Shown: piece by piece, positions 1 to 9,741 of the stretch
Layout of the letters: each line of letters starts with the position of its first letter
How positions within the stretch are numbered: position 1 is the first letter of the stretch
Origin: an uncultured virus (IMG/VR IMGVR_UViG_3300005239_004183)
Lineage: Duplodnaviria > Heunggongvirae > Uroviricota > Caudoviricetes
DNA: 64,000 nt
Direction: 5' to 3' (one strand)
IMG/VR virus record: IMGVR_UViG_3300005239_004183
Position numbers and translations under genes: made by a program
Notes under the pieces: generated by a model
Database searches by the model: none
The model's input: the letters and a program-made list of their open reading frames with translations, nothing else
What the model was told of the DNA's origin: nothing

Positions 1-693
1 TTACTTTTTATGCCCTACTATAATGCACAACCCAAGGGCAGTTGCAATAAATATTTTTTCAATATTCGTCATTGAAACAATCTTTTCTAAATCATATTCT
101 TCTGAATCCCAATCTAATTGCCAAGAATCTTGTTGTGATGAGTTATTTGAATCAGACCATGTAGTTTCATCTCTCCAAACATCATTATCAAGTGTGAGTA
201 ATTTATTGTCTATATCTAACACTACCTTACCCTTTAATTTTTCACCAGAATCAATTTGTTCTCCAGATTCCATAAAATAACCCCTCCCCTCAAACTCACT
301 AATTAAAATATCCATAGATGTATGATTTTTTCTTAGAACATATCCACTAATATTGCCCTCACTAAAATTAAATCTTTCACCACCTTTTTTTAGGGAGTTT
401 CTTGAATTAATATTTTTAGGGTGTGCCTCATAAATATTTCTAATGAAAGAATCTCGTATCTTGTATGTATCAACAATTAATCCTTCTGCCTTTTTAGGGA
501 CTTTATAACCATCTTGTTTAGCCCTACTAAATGAAACGGCTATGGCTCGCCTTAGAGCCGCATTTCGGGTCTTAGGTTTGCTCTTACCTATTTTACCTGT
601 CTTACCATATTCAAACATTAATGTTCTAATTTGAGAAGTAATGTAGGCTTGAGCCGGTGGTGAGATTGCACTTTTTTTAGCCAACCAAATCAC
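1..693 (-). CDS. Hypothetical tail-anchored protein with basic N-terminal domain (DUF6496-like)
   Basis: N-terminal LMFEY..GK.GKSKPK..RAIAVSFSRAKQDGYKVPKK resembles DUF6496 proteins and is followed directly by AE; C-terminal hydrophobic IFIATALGLCIIVG then HKK. Confidence 0.6.
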   Translation of the reverse strand: MIWLAKKSAISPPAQAYITSQIRTLMFEYGKTGKIGKSKPKTRNAALRRAIAVSFSRAKQDGYKVPKKAEGLIVDTYKIRDSFIRNIYEAHPKNINSRNSLKKGGERFNFSEGNISGYVLRKNHTSMDILISEFEGRGYFMESGEQIDSGEKLKGKVVLDIDNKLLTLDNDVWRDETTWSDSNNSSQQDSWQLDWDSEEYDLEKIVSMTNIEKIFIATALGLCIIVGHKK

Positions 694-694
694 C

Positions 695-2989
695 TTACTT
701 CTTCATAAACTTTCTAATTTGTGAGGGAGCAAAGATAGCGGCGGCTGAACCCAATGCCAAAAGGCCAATAATCATTTTCTTGTTCCGACCCTCTTGTTTA
801 ACCTTTGGAAGTAGTCGTGGATTTGGATTTCCACCCCTGTATGAAGATGTAGGTAACGGTGCTTCATCTAATCTATTTTGAGTAGCCAATTGACTTCTTC
901 TTTCAACATCTTGGTCAAACTCATCAAAATCAGAATATCCTTGTTGATGAGCCAAATCATCAATCATAGGCTTTAAGAATTCATCCATCTCATCTCCAAT
1001 AGTATATAACTCTTCTTCATGGAATTCAAGAGTTTCTGCACCCATAATATCTTCTGAACCCTCAACCATAGTGGGGTTGATTTGATTGATAGTTTCTGCT
1101 TCTTGTGAAAAAGGTCCTAAATCATCATCATCATCTTCTGCTTCTTGTGAAAAATGTCCTAATTCATCATCATCATCTTCTTCTGCATCATACATTCTAT
1201 CCATAGCATCTAAGGCATTCATGTAAAATGACTTTCTCTTTGCAGATTTATGAGCCATTACATCTTCTGCACCATATACTTCCATTCCTTCGTTTTCTTC
1301 TTCCATAATTTCACCATTCATATTTATTAATTTTGTAATATATTGTTCATCTTCTTTGAAATACCCGATATTAATACTTCTTCCATCCTTAGAATAGCCA
1401 ATAGAGGCACTTTCGGGTAAATCTTCATATATGTCATCGTAAGTTTCATTTGAAATAGTAATTTTTCCTGTTTCAAAAGTATTTTTAACTTCTGGAGTAG
1501 GTGAGTGAAGAGTAATTGGACTTTCAGCACCCATAACTTCCATTTGAACCATTAGCCTGTCTGTAACTGCTTCTTCAAATCCTTCACTATATTCATTTTC
1601 TGGACTAATCCAATGAATCGGTGAGAACATTTTACTGTATGGGCAATCCACACCTTCTTGATAATAAGGGCTTGAATATTCAGTTGCTACACAAAATCCT
1701 TCAATCTTTCTCAAACCTTTCTTTGAAATACCACACTTAGGACAAGTTAAAACACTTTCATCATTAGTTTCAATATATCTTTCTTTCGCAGATTCAGAAA
1801 TTGAATTCCAAACTTCGGGAGGAATGTAATCTTCATAAAGGAATGGAGGCATTTCTGCATCTGTTAAAACGGCTTCTTCTGCGTTGTATCGGTTTGCATG
1901 AGATTCTTGTTCATGTTCTGCCCAATCATCAAAACTATCATCCCCATGCTTTGTTGATTCATCATCAACCCATTCATCAAACGAAACATCTTCTCCATGA
2001 GTTTGCATTTCTTGGTCTGCCCAATCACTAAAAGAAAGAGCATCAAACATCTCGTTTTCTGCACTCATGCTCATAGCAGATTCATATTCTGCGTGAGAAT
2101 GACAAGGCATATAAACAGTTTTACCATCAATAATATGTGAGTGAACCTTTTCGCAACCAATTTCAGTTGCTCGCTTCATGGCATCTGCTTCATTATCAAA
2201 AATATCATCTTGGAATTTTCTTTCAAAAGATTCTTCATCTTCAATAGTATGAGTAAAATCAGATTCAGCCGATAAAGGCTCGGTCTGCAATCTTTCAATT
2301 AATTCTGCCTTTTTACCACTTACCTTTAAGCCTCTTGCCCTTAATTCAACCTTTAGTTGCTTTACAGTCATTTTAGAGTAATCAACATCTTCTCCTTCTA
2401 TTTGTTCTTCAACAACTAAATAGTCCCAAATATCACCTCGTTGTTCTGCATCTAATTCAGAATCAACCTTTACTTTAAACTCCGGTATTACTAACAAATC
2501 ATTATTAATATCTAAATTACCATCTTTGTATGAGTCGGCAACAACGGCATCCATGACTCCCGATTGTCCATCATAATCTCCAACCAATAGTTGTATTTCA
2601 GCCATATCGGTTTCATCTGTATCAATATATGTTTTAAATTTATTATTAGTAAGTTGATTTATTTTAGCACCATATTCATCACTAACATCAGCAATTTCAG
2701 CCCCTAAAAAGAAATTAGGCACTAATTCTTCCGATTCATAAACCATAACTTCTTCTGGAGGAATGTATGCGATTTCAGCGTCAAAAGATTCAACTCTTGT
2801 AGCGTCTAATTGAGTAAGCAAATCTCTTGCATTAGTTTCAGATGCAAAAACTGAAATGTTGTGTTCTCCATGCCTTCCCTTTATTTGCCATTTAATCCCC
2901 TTAGCAGTATCTAATGAATTAACTTCTGATACTTCAAAATCAACCTTGGCTTTCAAGGGTCTGCAATATCCATTATAAAGAACAGTCAT
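695..2989 (-). CDS. Modular acidic protein with SAP domain, Cys/His modules and C-terminal membrane anchor
   Basis: SAP motif YSKMTVKQLKVELRARGLKVSGKKAELIERL; GCEKVHSH..YMPCHSH module; CPKC..C..C module; many x-x-A-E motifs; C-terminal MIIGLLALGSAAAIFAP plus basic tail. Confidence 0.75.
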   Translation of the reverse strand: MTVLYNGYCRPLKAKVDFEVSEVNSLDTAKGIKWQIKGRHGEHNISVFASETNARDLLTQLDATRVESFDAEIAYIPPEEVMVYESEELVPNFFLGAEIADVSDEYGAKINQLTNNKFKTYIDTDETDMAEIQLLVGDYDGQSGVMDAVVADSYKDGNLDINNDLLVIPEFKVKVDSELDAEQRGDIWDYLVVEEQIEGEDVDYSKMTVKQLKVELRARGLKVSGKKAELIERLQTEPLSAESDFTHTIEDEESFERKFQDDIFDNEADAMKRATEIGCEKVHSHIIDGKTVYMPCHSHAEYESAMSMSAENEMFDALSFSDWADQEMQTHGEDVSFDEWVDDESTKHGDDSFDDWAEHEQESHANRYNAEEAVLTDAEMPPFLYEDYIPPEVWNSISESAKERYIETNDESVLTCPKCGISKKGLRKIEGFCVATEYSSPYYQEGVDCPYSKMFSPIHWISPENEYSEGFEEAVTDRLMVQMEVMGAESPITLHSPTPEVKNTFETGKITISNETYDDIYEDLPESASIGYSKDGRSINIGYFKEDEQYITKLINMNGEIMEEENEGMEVYGAEDVMAHKSAKRKSFYMNALDAMDRMYDAEEDDDDELGHFSQEAEDDDDDLGPFSQEAETINQINPTMVEGSEDIMGAETLEFHEEELYTIGDEMDEFLKPMIDDLAHQQGYSDFDEFDQDVERRSQLATQNRLDEAPLPTSSYRGGNPNPRLLPKVKQEGRNKKMIIGLLALGSAAAIFAPSQIRKFMKK
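1094..1186. repeat. 42-bp tandem duplication inside CDS (DDDDxLGxFSQEAE twice)
   Basis: ttctgcttcttgtgaaaa recurs at 1094 and 1136. Confidence 0.85.
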
Positions 2990-3023
2990 ATTTTTAACAC
3001 TCCATCGTAACTATTTAAGGGAT

Positions 3024-3563
3024 TCACCACCAACCGGTTGCCTTTGGATAATCCCTGTTAGTGCTTTGACCTACTGCACTACCAAACTCACCCAATCCCA
3101 ATGTTGCCAAGGTTTCAGCCCTTCTTGATTGCGCTTCTTCTGCTTCTTTGGTTTCTTTAACGGTTTCAGCCTCTTTTTCTTCTTCCGCATTTCTAATGAC
3201 TGTCTTGTAATATTCTGCTTGTTTTTGTGATGAAATACCTCTATTGACTTTACCTACGCTAAATCCTAAGAATCCTGCTCCTGCCGCCAACATCATGGTT
3301 CTCCAAGGCTCTAAAAACATAGGAACCCCATCTTCGCCCCTATTCTTAATTGAATCAAAAATCAAAGCACCAATCAATCCCATTCCAACTGAACCAGAAG
3401 CAGATGTTGAAAAATTATCAATTTCTCTTGCAATTCCATTCTTGGTAGTAATTTCGGGATTATCCATTTCTTCTGTATCTTTCTCATGCTCGGCTTCATT
3501 AATAGCAGAAGATAATCCCTCACTTTGAAGAATTTTCTCACCAATTTTAGCCAAATCAATCAT
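3024..3563 (-). CDS. Membrane protein with two Gly-rich hydrophobic segments
   Basis: VGMGLIGALIF and MMLAAGAGFLGFSVG; GGTGA SD before ATG at 3563. Confidence 0.7.
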   Translation of the reverse strand: MIDLAKIGEKILQSEGLSSAINEAEHEKDTEEMDNPEITTKNGIAREIDNFSTSASGSVGMGLIGALIFDSIKNRGEDGVPMFLEPWRTMMLAAGAGFLGFSVGKVNRGISSQKQAEYYKTVIRNAEEEKEAETVKETKEAEEAQSRRAETLATLGLGEFGSAVGQSTNRDYPKATGWW

Positions 3564-3568
3564 TTTAA

Positions 3569-3841
3569 TCACCCAATTACTCTTCCACTTGAATTCTGTC
3601 CAAGGCTACTAACTATTGTATCTAACTCATATCCACCTTCTTGGTTGTATGCAAGTGATTTCATAGATTGTTCACCATCAACCAATACCACCGAGCCATA
3701 TAAATCTCTTACATCGTTTCGGGTAGGTTCTGGTTCTTCATGTTCTGCTTCCATCGTAATTCCATTCTTCATAAAATATTTAAATGCAATTGAGCCTAAT
3801 AGACCTACAATTAGAAGCGATTTTAAATTTATTGTTCTCAT
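3569..3841 (-). CDS. Small N-terminally anchored membrane protein
   Basis: LLIVGLLGSIAFKY then MEAEHEEPEPT; GGTGA SD; N-terminus resembles 20996..21802. Confidence 0.7.
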   Translation of the reverse strand: MRTINLKSLLIVGLLGSIAFKYFMKNGITMEAEHEEPEPTRNDVRDLYGSVVLVDGEQSMKSLAYNQEGGYELDTIVSSLGQNSSGRVIG

Positions 3842-3907
3842 ATTATCACCTTATAGAAACCTCTATACTTAAATAATGACTCGTCTGTATATTAAAGATT
3901 TCGGTCA

Positions 3908-4417
3908 TCAAACTTTATCTTTAAACATTGAAGATAGATAAGCCAACATTTCTTCACCCTTTAAAACAAGGGCAATACCCATAACAGTTAATATATTATA
4001 CATAGCATCAGTTTGTTTTGAATTAGGCTTAATTTTATATTTATCCTCTTTACCATAGGAGGTTTTAATATTAACTTCTGAATATGAATCTATTAAATCA
4101 TCATTAGGCATATTATCAACATCAAATAATTCAGAATTAATAGGCAATAATTCATAATTGGGCATTCCGGTTTCTGGGTTTTCAAATTTAGTTAAAACTC
4201 CCAATTCATCTTGTGTAGTAGCAGAATCTATATCTCCAATAGACCTATCCACAATAGAACCCCATGCTTTTACTTTCTCCCATTTAACAGGTTTAGTAAA
4301 ATCTTCTTCTAAATTAGCCCATCTTCCTAATTTAATTTCGGATTTTAAGTTATCCATTGAATTAATTTCAGATTTACCTACTGAAATTGGGAAATTTAAA
4401 GGAATAGAAATGCTCAT
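3908..4417 (-). CDS. Hypothetical protein with C-terminal hydrophobic segment
   Basis: ORF with TATA box at 4440-4448; C-terminal ILTVMGIALVL. Confidence 0.65.
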   Translation of the reverse strand: MSISIPLNFPISVGKSEINSMDNLKSEIKLGRWANLEEDFTKPVKWEKVKAWGSIVDRSIGDIDSATTQDELGVLTKFENPETGMPNYELLPINSELFDVDNMPNDDLIDSYSEVNIKTSYGKEDKYKIKPNSKQTDAMYNILTVMGIALVLKGEEMLAYLSSMFKDKV

Positions 4418-4452
4418 GTTTTTAATTAACTATTCTTGATATATAAAACCTA

Positions 4453-4818
4453 TTATACAGGTGCTATATTTAAGCCCATAGTTAAACTCATTAAAACCAA
4501 TAATCCTATTGAAGAATATTTCATAACTTGTTGTTGTATCATCTTTTTAAACTCAAGAACAGGCTCTAATTGAATCTCCAGCCGATTTAATTTATCCTTT
4601 ACTAATTGAACATCAGTATGTAATTCTGTCATATCCTCTTTTTGATACTTGAAATCATCTTTAATATCTCTTAATGCTTCTCTAACATCTTGATTTCTTT
4701 CGCTATATTCATTTCTGAAATTATGAAAAGTTTCTTTAAATGTATCATCTTCGGATAATTTTTGACTAATATTTTGTAGGTGAATCATTATCTCACCAAT
4801 GGTATTTTCATCAGCCAT
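4453..4818 (-). CDS. Coiled-coil protein with C-terminal transmembrane helix
   Basis: Heptad-like charged region then SIGLLVLMSLTMGLNIAPV. Confidence 0.7.
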   Translation of the reverse strand: MADENTIGEIMIHLQNISQKLSEDDTFKETFHNFRNEYSERNQDVREALRDIKDDFKYQKEDMTELHTDVQLVKDKLNRLEIQLEPVLEFKKMIQQQVMKYSSIGLLVLMSLTMGLNIAPV

Positions 4819-4850
4819 ACTGTATATCTAACGCTTTTGTGATTTAAAGA

Positions 4851-6194
4851 TTACGAATATATATCTTCTAATGGTTTCCTAATTCCATAACTTATTGAAA
4901 TATTATTTTTCAATTGCTTTACTGTATCTAAAGCCTCATTTAAAATTTCTTGTGAAACAATAGATTTCTTCTCAAGGGAAATCATATATGCTACCATAAT
5001 TACTTCTCTAATGTAAGCCCCCGACATACCTTCTGTTCCCTTTACAATTCTTTTCAAGTCAATAGATTCTGACTCAACTTCTTCAAGATATTTTTCTAAA
5101 ATATATCTTCTTAAATTAGAATCGGGAAGTCCAAACTCAATTCTTAAATCAAATCTTCCCGGTCTATCTGCGAGCGCAAGGTCTAAGTTTTCTGGATAAT
5201 TAGTAGTGGCAATAGTAATAACTCCATCATTACCACCTACTCCACTTAAACAATTCAAAAACTCACCCAATAGAGGGTGATTTCCCTTTTCTCGTCTATC
5301 TAATCCACCTAATGTATCAATATCTTCAATGACAACTAATGCAGGAGATAACTTCCTTGCCAACTCATAAATTTCTTTAATTTGTCCCGTATGTTCAATT
5401 GTATCGCTTGTAACATAAATAGCGGTGCAATCAACAACATTCATAATAGTTTCACAACAAAGTGTTTTTCCCGTTCCGGGGGGTCCTGTAATCAATACAC
5501 CCCTACTTGTGGGCAATCCTCGTTTCTTATATTCATCTATATATTCAATAAAACTAACAATATGTCTATCAATTAACTTTTTATTATCATCACTCACTAC
5601 TATGCTTTGCCAATCTCTTTTACTTACATTAATAGGCTTCCATTTTGCATCAATTTTATTTTTTAGAAGAGGGCCTTGAGTAACGAAATAATCTTCCACA
5701 TCACCCCAAATCTTCTTAAAACTTGTTACTTGAGGGTTGAAAAATACCTCCAATTCAATATTAAAATCATCTGAAAATGGAGATAGATGCATAATAACCT
5801 TACCCCATTGAGGGTGTTCAGCAAATATATACCCCTTCACCATCAAACTGTTTTTTTCATGTCCAAAATCAAATTCATGATAGGATGGTGGTATCTCAAC
5901 TTGATTTTTGTAATGAAAATCAGTTGTTCTTACAACCTTATAATCCCTATCTATCACCGAAAATAAACACTTTAACATAGCCCCCGATTCATGAGGGCTA
6001 ATTGCGTGAAATTGAGTTTCATACCTACTATCGTCAAAGAAATTCTTCATTTCAGTATAAACTTTATTATCGTGTTCTTGTTTTTTAATCATACAAGTAT
6101 TAATAAAATCATAAATATCTTCCGTAGGTAATTCTATTTCTCCAAACGATGAGGTGATTAATATGTTTTTCATAGGTTTATCCGATTCGCTCAT
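4851..6194 (-). CDS. AAA+ family ATPase
   Basis: Walker A GPPGTGKT, Walker B VVIEDID, SRH TTNYPENLDLALADRPGRFD, GMSGAYI; ATG at 6194 fits TTTAAGTA box spacing. Confidence 0.92.
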   Translation of the reverse strand: MSESDKPMKNILITSSFGEIELPTEDIYDFINTCMIKKQEHDNKVYTEMKNFFDDSRYETQFHAISPHESGAMLKCLFSVIDRDYKVVRTTDFHYKNQVEIPPSYHEFDFGHEKNSLMVKGYIFAEHPQWGKVIMHLSPFSDDFNIELEVFFNPQVTSFKKIWGDVEDYFVTQGPLLKNKIDAKWKPINVSKRDWQSIVVSDDNKKLIDRHIVSFIEYIDEYKKRGLPTSRGVLITGPPGTGKTLCCETIMNVVDCTAIYVTSDTIEHTGQIKEIYELARKLSPALVVIEDIDTLGGLDRREKGNHPLLGEFLNCLSGVGGNDGVITIATTNYPENLDLALADRPGRFDLRIEFGLPDSNLRRYILEKYLEEVESESIDLKRIVKGTEGMSGAYIREVIMVAYMISLEKKSIVSQEILNEALDTVKQLKNNISISYGIRKPLEDIYS

Positions 6195-6258
6195 ACTATA
6201 AGTATTGCCAACCACCTACTTAAAAGATGTGAGTAAATGTAAATCACAAAGGAAATCG

Positions 6259-6321
6259 TGGAACAGGGGCGGAATCCAAAGTAGGTTAGACCGGCATTGG
6301 ACTCCGTGTGCCCCCCTGCCC
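6259..6321 (-). ncRNA. Putative small structured RNA (long GC-rich hairpin)
   Basis: GGGCAGGGG/CCCCTGTTC and CGGAGTCCAA/TTGGATTCCG stems in AT-rich intergenic DNA; TATA-like box at about 6343-6352. Confidence 0.5.
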
Positions 6322-6362
6322 AATTACAACTTATTGTTTTTACTATATAATATTTCTGCTAA

Positions 6363-6986
6363 TTATAGGGTATTTCTTAGCATCTTTTTGAAATCCATAA
6401 CCCTCTTTTCAGTTACAGGTGTGCCTTCATCCATAATCTTTTGAGCAATAATAGCATCTAAATCCGTGAACATAGTGTATTTTACAAATACTGCAACTGC
6501 TTCACTTTTTCCCGAAACTCCAGCATCATCACCTACAACACCCTCGGTGGAGGTGTAAATAATATTCCATGTTTGCCCCGGCATAACATAGATGGGTGGG
6601 TTTAATTCAAAGGAAGGTAATACTCCATTAGTCCCTTGACAATTACAAGGCGCACCGGGCGGATAGGGGCTTGATTTTCCGGGTATTCCATAATTTGCTC
6701 TATCATCTGGATTAACAAAGTAATCCGTATCGTCTATTCTCAATTGAGCAAAACTCCCTAAGTGGGGGCTACAAGCAATTTTAGTAATAATTATAAATTG
6801 ATTAGCCCGAACATAAGGTGCGGTGCTAATTACCTTACCTTTAGGTCCTGTAAATATGCTATATGGGGTATATGATTGTAGGGATTGAGTATAGAATGCA
6901 TTTCTTGATTCAGATTCAATAACTGTATTATTTGAAACAGAAGTAGTTAAATTATTCCACTCATAATGGGTAGGAATTATAGCCAA
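6363..6986 (-). CDS. Divergent member (subtype A) of the MAMRSQVYEW paralog family, putative structural protein
   Basis: Shares YEW, QFIII, ACSPHLG, TDYF, SPYP, IYVMPGQT, AVFVKYT motifs. Confidence 0.75.
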   Translation of the reverse strand: MAIIPTHYEWNNLTTSVSNNTVIESESRNAFYTQSLQSYTPYSIFTGPKGKVISTAPYVRANQFIIITKIACSPHLGSFAQLRIDDTDYFVNPDDRANYGIPGKSSPYPPGAPCNCQGTNGVLPSFELNPPIYVMPGQTWNIIYTSTEGVVGDDAGVSGKSEAVAVFVKYTMFTDLDAIIAQKIMDEGTPVTEKRVMDFKKMLRNTL

Positions 6987-6988
6987 TT

Positions 6989-7552
6989 TTAAACCCCCTG
7001 CTCATCATCATCATAAGAATACCCTTTATTCCTTTGTATAGTATCTGGCAAATACTCATGTGCTTTAAACTCAACTTCATCTAATACCATCTCAAAATCC
7101 TCCGCATTAGGCACTTCCATAGATGTTCTATACCACTTGATATTTTCTGGAGATACGGGAACACCCATCTCAACTAATTTTCGTGCGATTAGTGCATCTG
7201 AACCACTATAAAGAGTATATTTAATTAATATTTCAAAATCATCTTTTTGTAAGTCATCAGAATCATTTATATAAACTCCATTAAATTGAGTTGTGTTGGC
7301 AGGTTGTTGAATTTCTGTTGTAGTCGTAGTTGTAGTAGTAGTAACGGTTTCAGTTGTAATGGTTTCATCTCTTGTAGGTGTATCATTATAAACGACTCTT
7401 TCTAATGTTCCAAGTGATGTATCAGTAGCAGTTGAGGATACTGCAACTACTGATTGATGGTCAAATGTTGAAATCCCCAATGAAATTGAGCCACCTACAA
7501 TTTCACCACCTGCGAATAAAATCCGTTTAGCGGTGCTATTCAAAGTTTCCAC
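6989..7552 (-). CDS. C-terminal part of paralog-family protein, probably the frameshifted continuation of 7540..8955
   Basis: Contains only the family C-terminal block IKYTLYSGSDALIARKLVEMGVPVSPENIKWYR; overlaps upstream ORF with no clear RBS. Confidence 0.65.
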   Translation of the reverse strand: METLNSTAKRILFAGGEIVGGSISLGISTFDHQSVVAVSSTATDTSLGTLERVVYNDTPTRDETITTETVTTTTTTTTTEIQQPANTTQFNGVYINDSDDLQKDDFEILIKYTLYSGSDALIARKLVEMGVPVSPENIKWYRTSMEVPNAEDFEMVLDEVEFKAHEYLPDTIQRNKGYSYDDDEQGV

Positions 7553-8955
7553 ACCATAAATCCTGTTGAGGGGTAATTAATGTTAATTTGACATTCCGAT
7601 GATAATTCTGCGGTGCTTATCACCCCTCCATGTGAATTGACAGCATTTATGACTTGATGTTGGCCATTTATGGCGGGTGCGCCTACTGCGGTTGAATTGT
7701 TAGAAAATCCAGACAAGGTAATATAATCACCGGGTTGTAAAGACATTCCAGATTTGACATTTAGTAGTAAAGTATTTGAAGTCCCATCACCTGTCCATGA
7801 AGTTGCTCCATTTTCACCTAATGAATCCACCACCCTGTCAAATAAACCTTTGTAAATACCTGTCATATCTGCTTTAATAAGGATTTGTCCAAATACGGGA
7901 TTAACACCTGTTGAAACATGGTATCTATCGTTTGCAGTAGTGGTGTTAGGGTTAAAAATAGTAAATTTAAATGAAGGGCATGAAATACCACTTATAGTTT
8001 GATTAACTATTGCATGAAATAAATAAATATCCTTGTTTGAATGACTCATAGCATCTAATTGAGATTCAGAAGGTAAAGATGTGCTTGTAGTATGTATATT
8101 CCAACCAGCCCTTATTAGTATGTTTTGAATTAAAGAAAGAATTTCAGCACTACTATCATAACCACAATTAGCAATAGTAGTCCCTGCACCCCCTAATGAT
8201 GTAGCATAATTTGAAGCCATATTTCTTTTAGCAGGGGTAAGACCTGTTGTGGTTCCCCAATCCCAAATATCAAAGTCATCAATAAAATATTTGTTTCCAC
8301 CATATTGAGTAGGGTCAAATATGGAAAGGGTTCTAAGGACATACCCCCTTCCGGGTAAATATAGAGGGAATACACTTTGATTTGCACCTTCTGTTAAGAC
8401 TCTTCCATCACCTGCGACTGAACCATCAGACCACAATACATAACATTCAGTAGGTAATACAGAAGTAGTATCGGGAGGTTGTAAAATTTGTAGCCTTTTA
8501 CCTATATTTTGAGAAGTTGAATAATTAACTCCATTCAAACTTACTGCATCTCCAACACCGGTTACAATAGTTTCGGCTTCAAACATCTGAAAGACACCAC
8601 CGGGATTTGATTTGGCGAGGATATAAATTCTTTTGTAATTTTCCCAAAGACCAGCACCTACATGAAAAGGTGCGCCATCAGTCCATACACCTCCGCTTGC
8701 TGGTGGAATCTCAAGATAATTTACACCTGCTGTAAATCTAATTCTAAATGGTAATTTGTTTCCACTTTGATTACCGGGAAGATTCCAAGTAGCGTGAGTT
8801 TTAGTAACGGGGGCTAAACACATAGCCCTTATATCATAATCTGCGTGATTAAGGAGCATTTGACCCGTAGGTATGTTGGTGAATCTAAATGGAGTGATTG
8901 AACCGATAGGGCTTCCTAATCCGATTCCTTCTGTATTTCCAAAATATGCCGGCAT
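7540..8955 (-). CDS. Gly/Thr/Ser/Asn-rich beta-type protein, putative spike or receptor-binding domain
   Basis: AGGAGG SD; composition typical of virion or surface proteins; sits inside the paralog array. Confidence 0.6.
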   Translation of the reverse strand: MPAYFGNTEGIGLGSPIGSITPFRFTNIPTGQMLLNHADYDIRAMCLAPVTKTHATWNLPGNQSGNKLPFRIRFTAGVNYLEIPPASGGVWTDGAPFHVGAGLWENYKRIYILAKSNPGGVFQMFEAETIVTGVGDAVSLNGVNYSTSQNIGKRLQILQPPDTTSVLPTECYVLWSDGSVAGDGRVLTEGANQSVFPLYLPGRGYVLRTLSIFDPTQYGGNKYFIDDFDIWDWGTTTGLTPAKRNMASNYATSLGGAGTTIANCGYDSSAEILSLIQNILIRAGWNIHTTSTSLPSESQLDAMSHSNKDIYLFHAIVNQTISGISCPSFKFTIFNPNTTTANDRYHVSTGVNPVFGQILIKADMTGIYKGLFDRVVDSLGENGATSWTGDGTSNTLLLNVKSGMSLQPGDYITLSGFSNNSTAVGAPAINGQHQVINAVNSHGGVISTAELSSECQININYPSTGFMVWKL

Positions 8956-8973
8956 TTTTAATTCCTCCTTTTA

Positions 8974-9690
8974 TCAATCACCAAGGGTATCTGGTGGGTT
9001 TGGCTTAGAAAATCCTAAAGTAGTATCAAAATCAGTATCATTAGAATCATATTCTTGTTTGTTAGCGTGTGTATCCACATCAACATCAACATCAACATCA
9101 ACAGAAACTTCCACTTCATTACCTAATGAACCCCCCGACAAGGATAATCCATTACCAAAGAATGCCGTTCCCTTAAATGTTTGACCGGGAAAAACATACA
9201 AATTATAAGGCATAGTAATGTCTTGCATTCCTGCACCTGTATCGCTTTGCTTTGAATCAAATTCGGGAGGTATAGGCTCAATGGTTGAGAATATATCGGG
9301 TGATGGAGGGTAGGGTGATGCCGTTCCGGGTAATCCTTGATTTGGAGTCCCGTCTGGATTAGTAAAGTATTGAGAACCATTCACCTTAAATTGAAAATAG
9401 GCTCTTGGACCTGCTACGCCACCATAGATTTTCTTGCCTCTAAAAGTCGGATTAATACTTCCCGAATGCCGTGTTGAATTATCACCACAAACATAGTATG
9501 AAGGAGTCATAGCGACTCTTTCCACAACCATGAAAGCATCAGCAGGAACAGTATTGGGTTTCCTTAACTTCGTTCCTTTGTCATTGGTAAAAATATCTAA
9601 CGATTTACCTGCATCTTCCGATTTAACGGGTGTATTACCACCGGTTGTATCTGCCGCAGACCATTTATATATCTGCGATGAAATAGCCAT
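8974..9690 (-). CDS. Divergent subtype B paralog lacking the family C-terminal block
   Basis: MAISSQIYKW, GPRAYFQF, PGTASPYP, LYVFPGQTF; own TATA at 9713-9720. Confidence 0.75.
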   Translation of the reverse strand: MAISSQIYKWSAADTTGGNTPVKSEDAGKSLDIFTNDKGTKLRKPNTVPADAFMVVERVAMTPSYYVCGDNSTRHSGSINPTFRGKKIYGGVAGPRAYFQFKVNGSQYFTNPDGTPNQGLPGTASPYPPSPDIFSTIEPIPPEFDSKQSDTGAGMQDITMPYNLYVFPGQTFKGTAFFGNGLSLSGGSLGNEVEVSVDVDVDVDVDTHANKQEYDSNDTDFDTTLGFSKPNPPDTLGD

Positions 9691-9741
9691 GTTTTTTAAT
9701 TAGACACGCTACTATATAAAACTAATACCGAAGTATTTGTC

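Noticed and set aside
8956..8976. Stop-codon readthrough joining 8974..9690 to the in-frame 7540..8955
   Set aside because: Two consecutive stops (TGA TAA) followed by a strong AGGAGG SD and ATG indicate a separate gene
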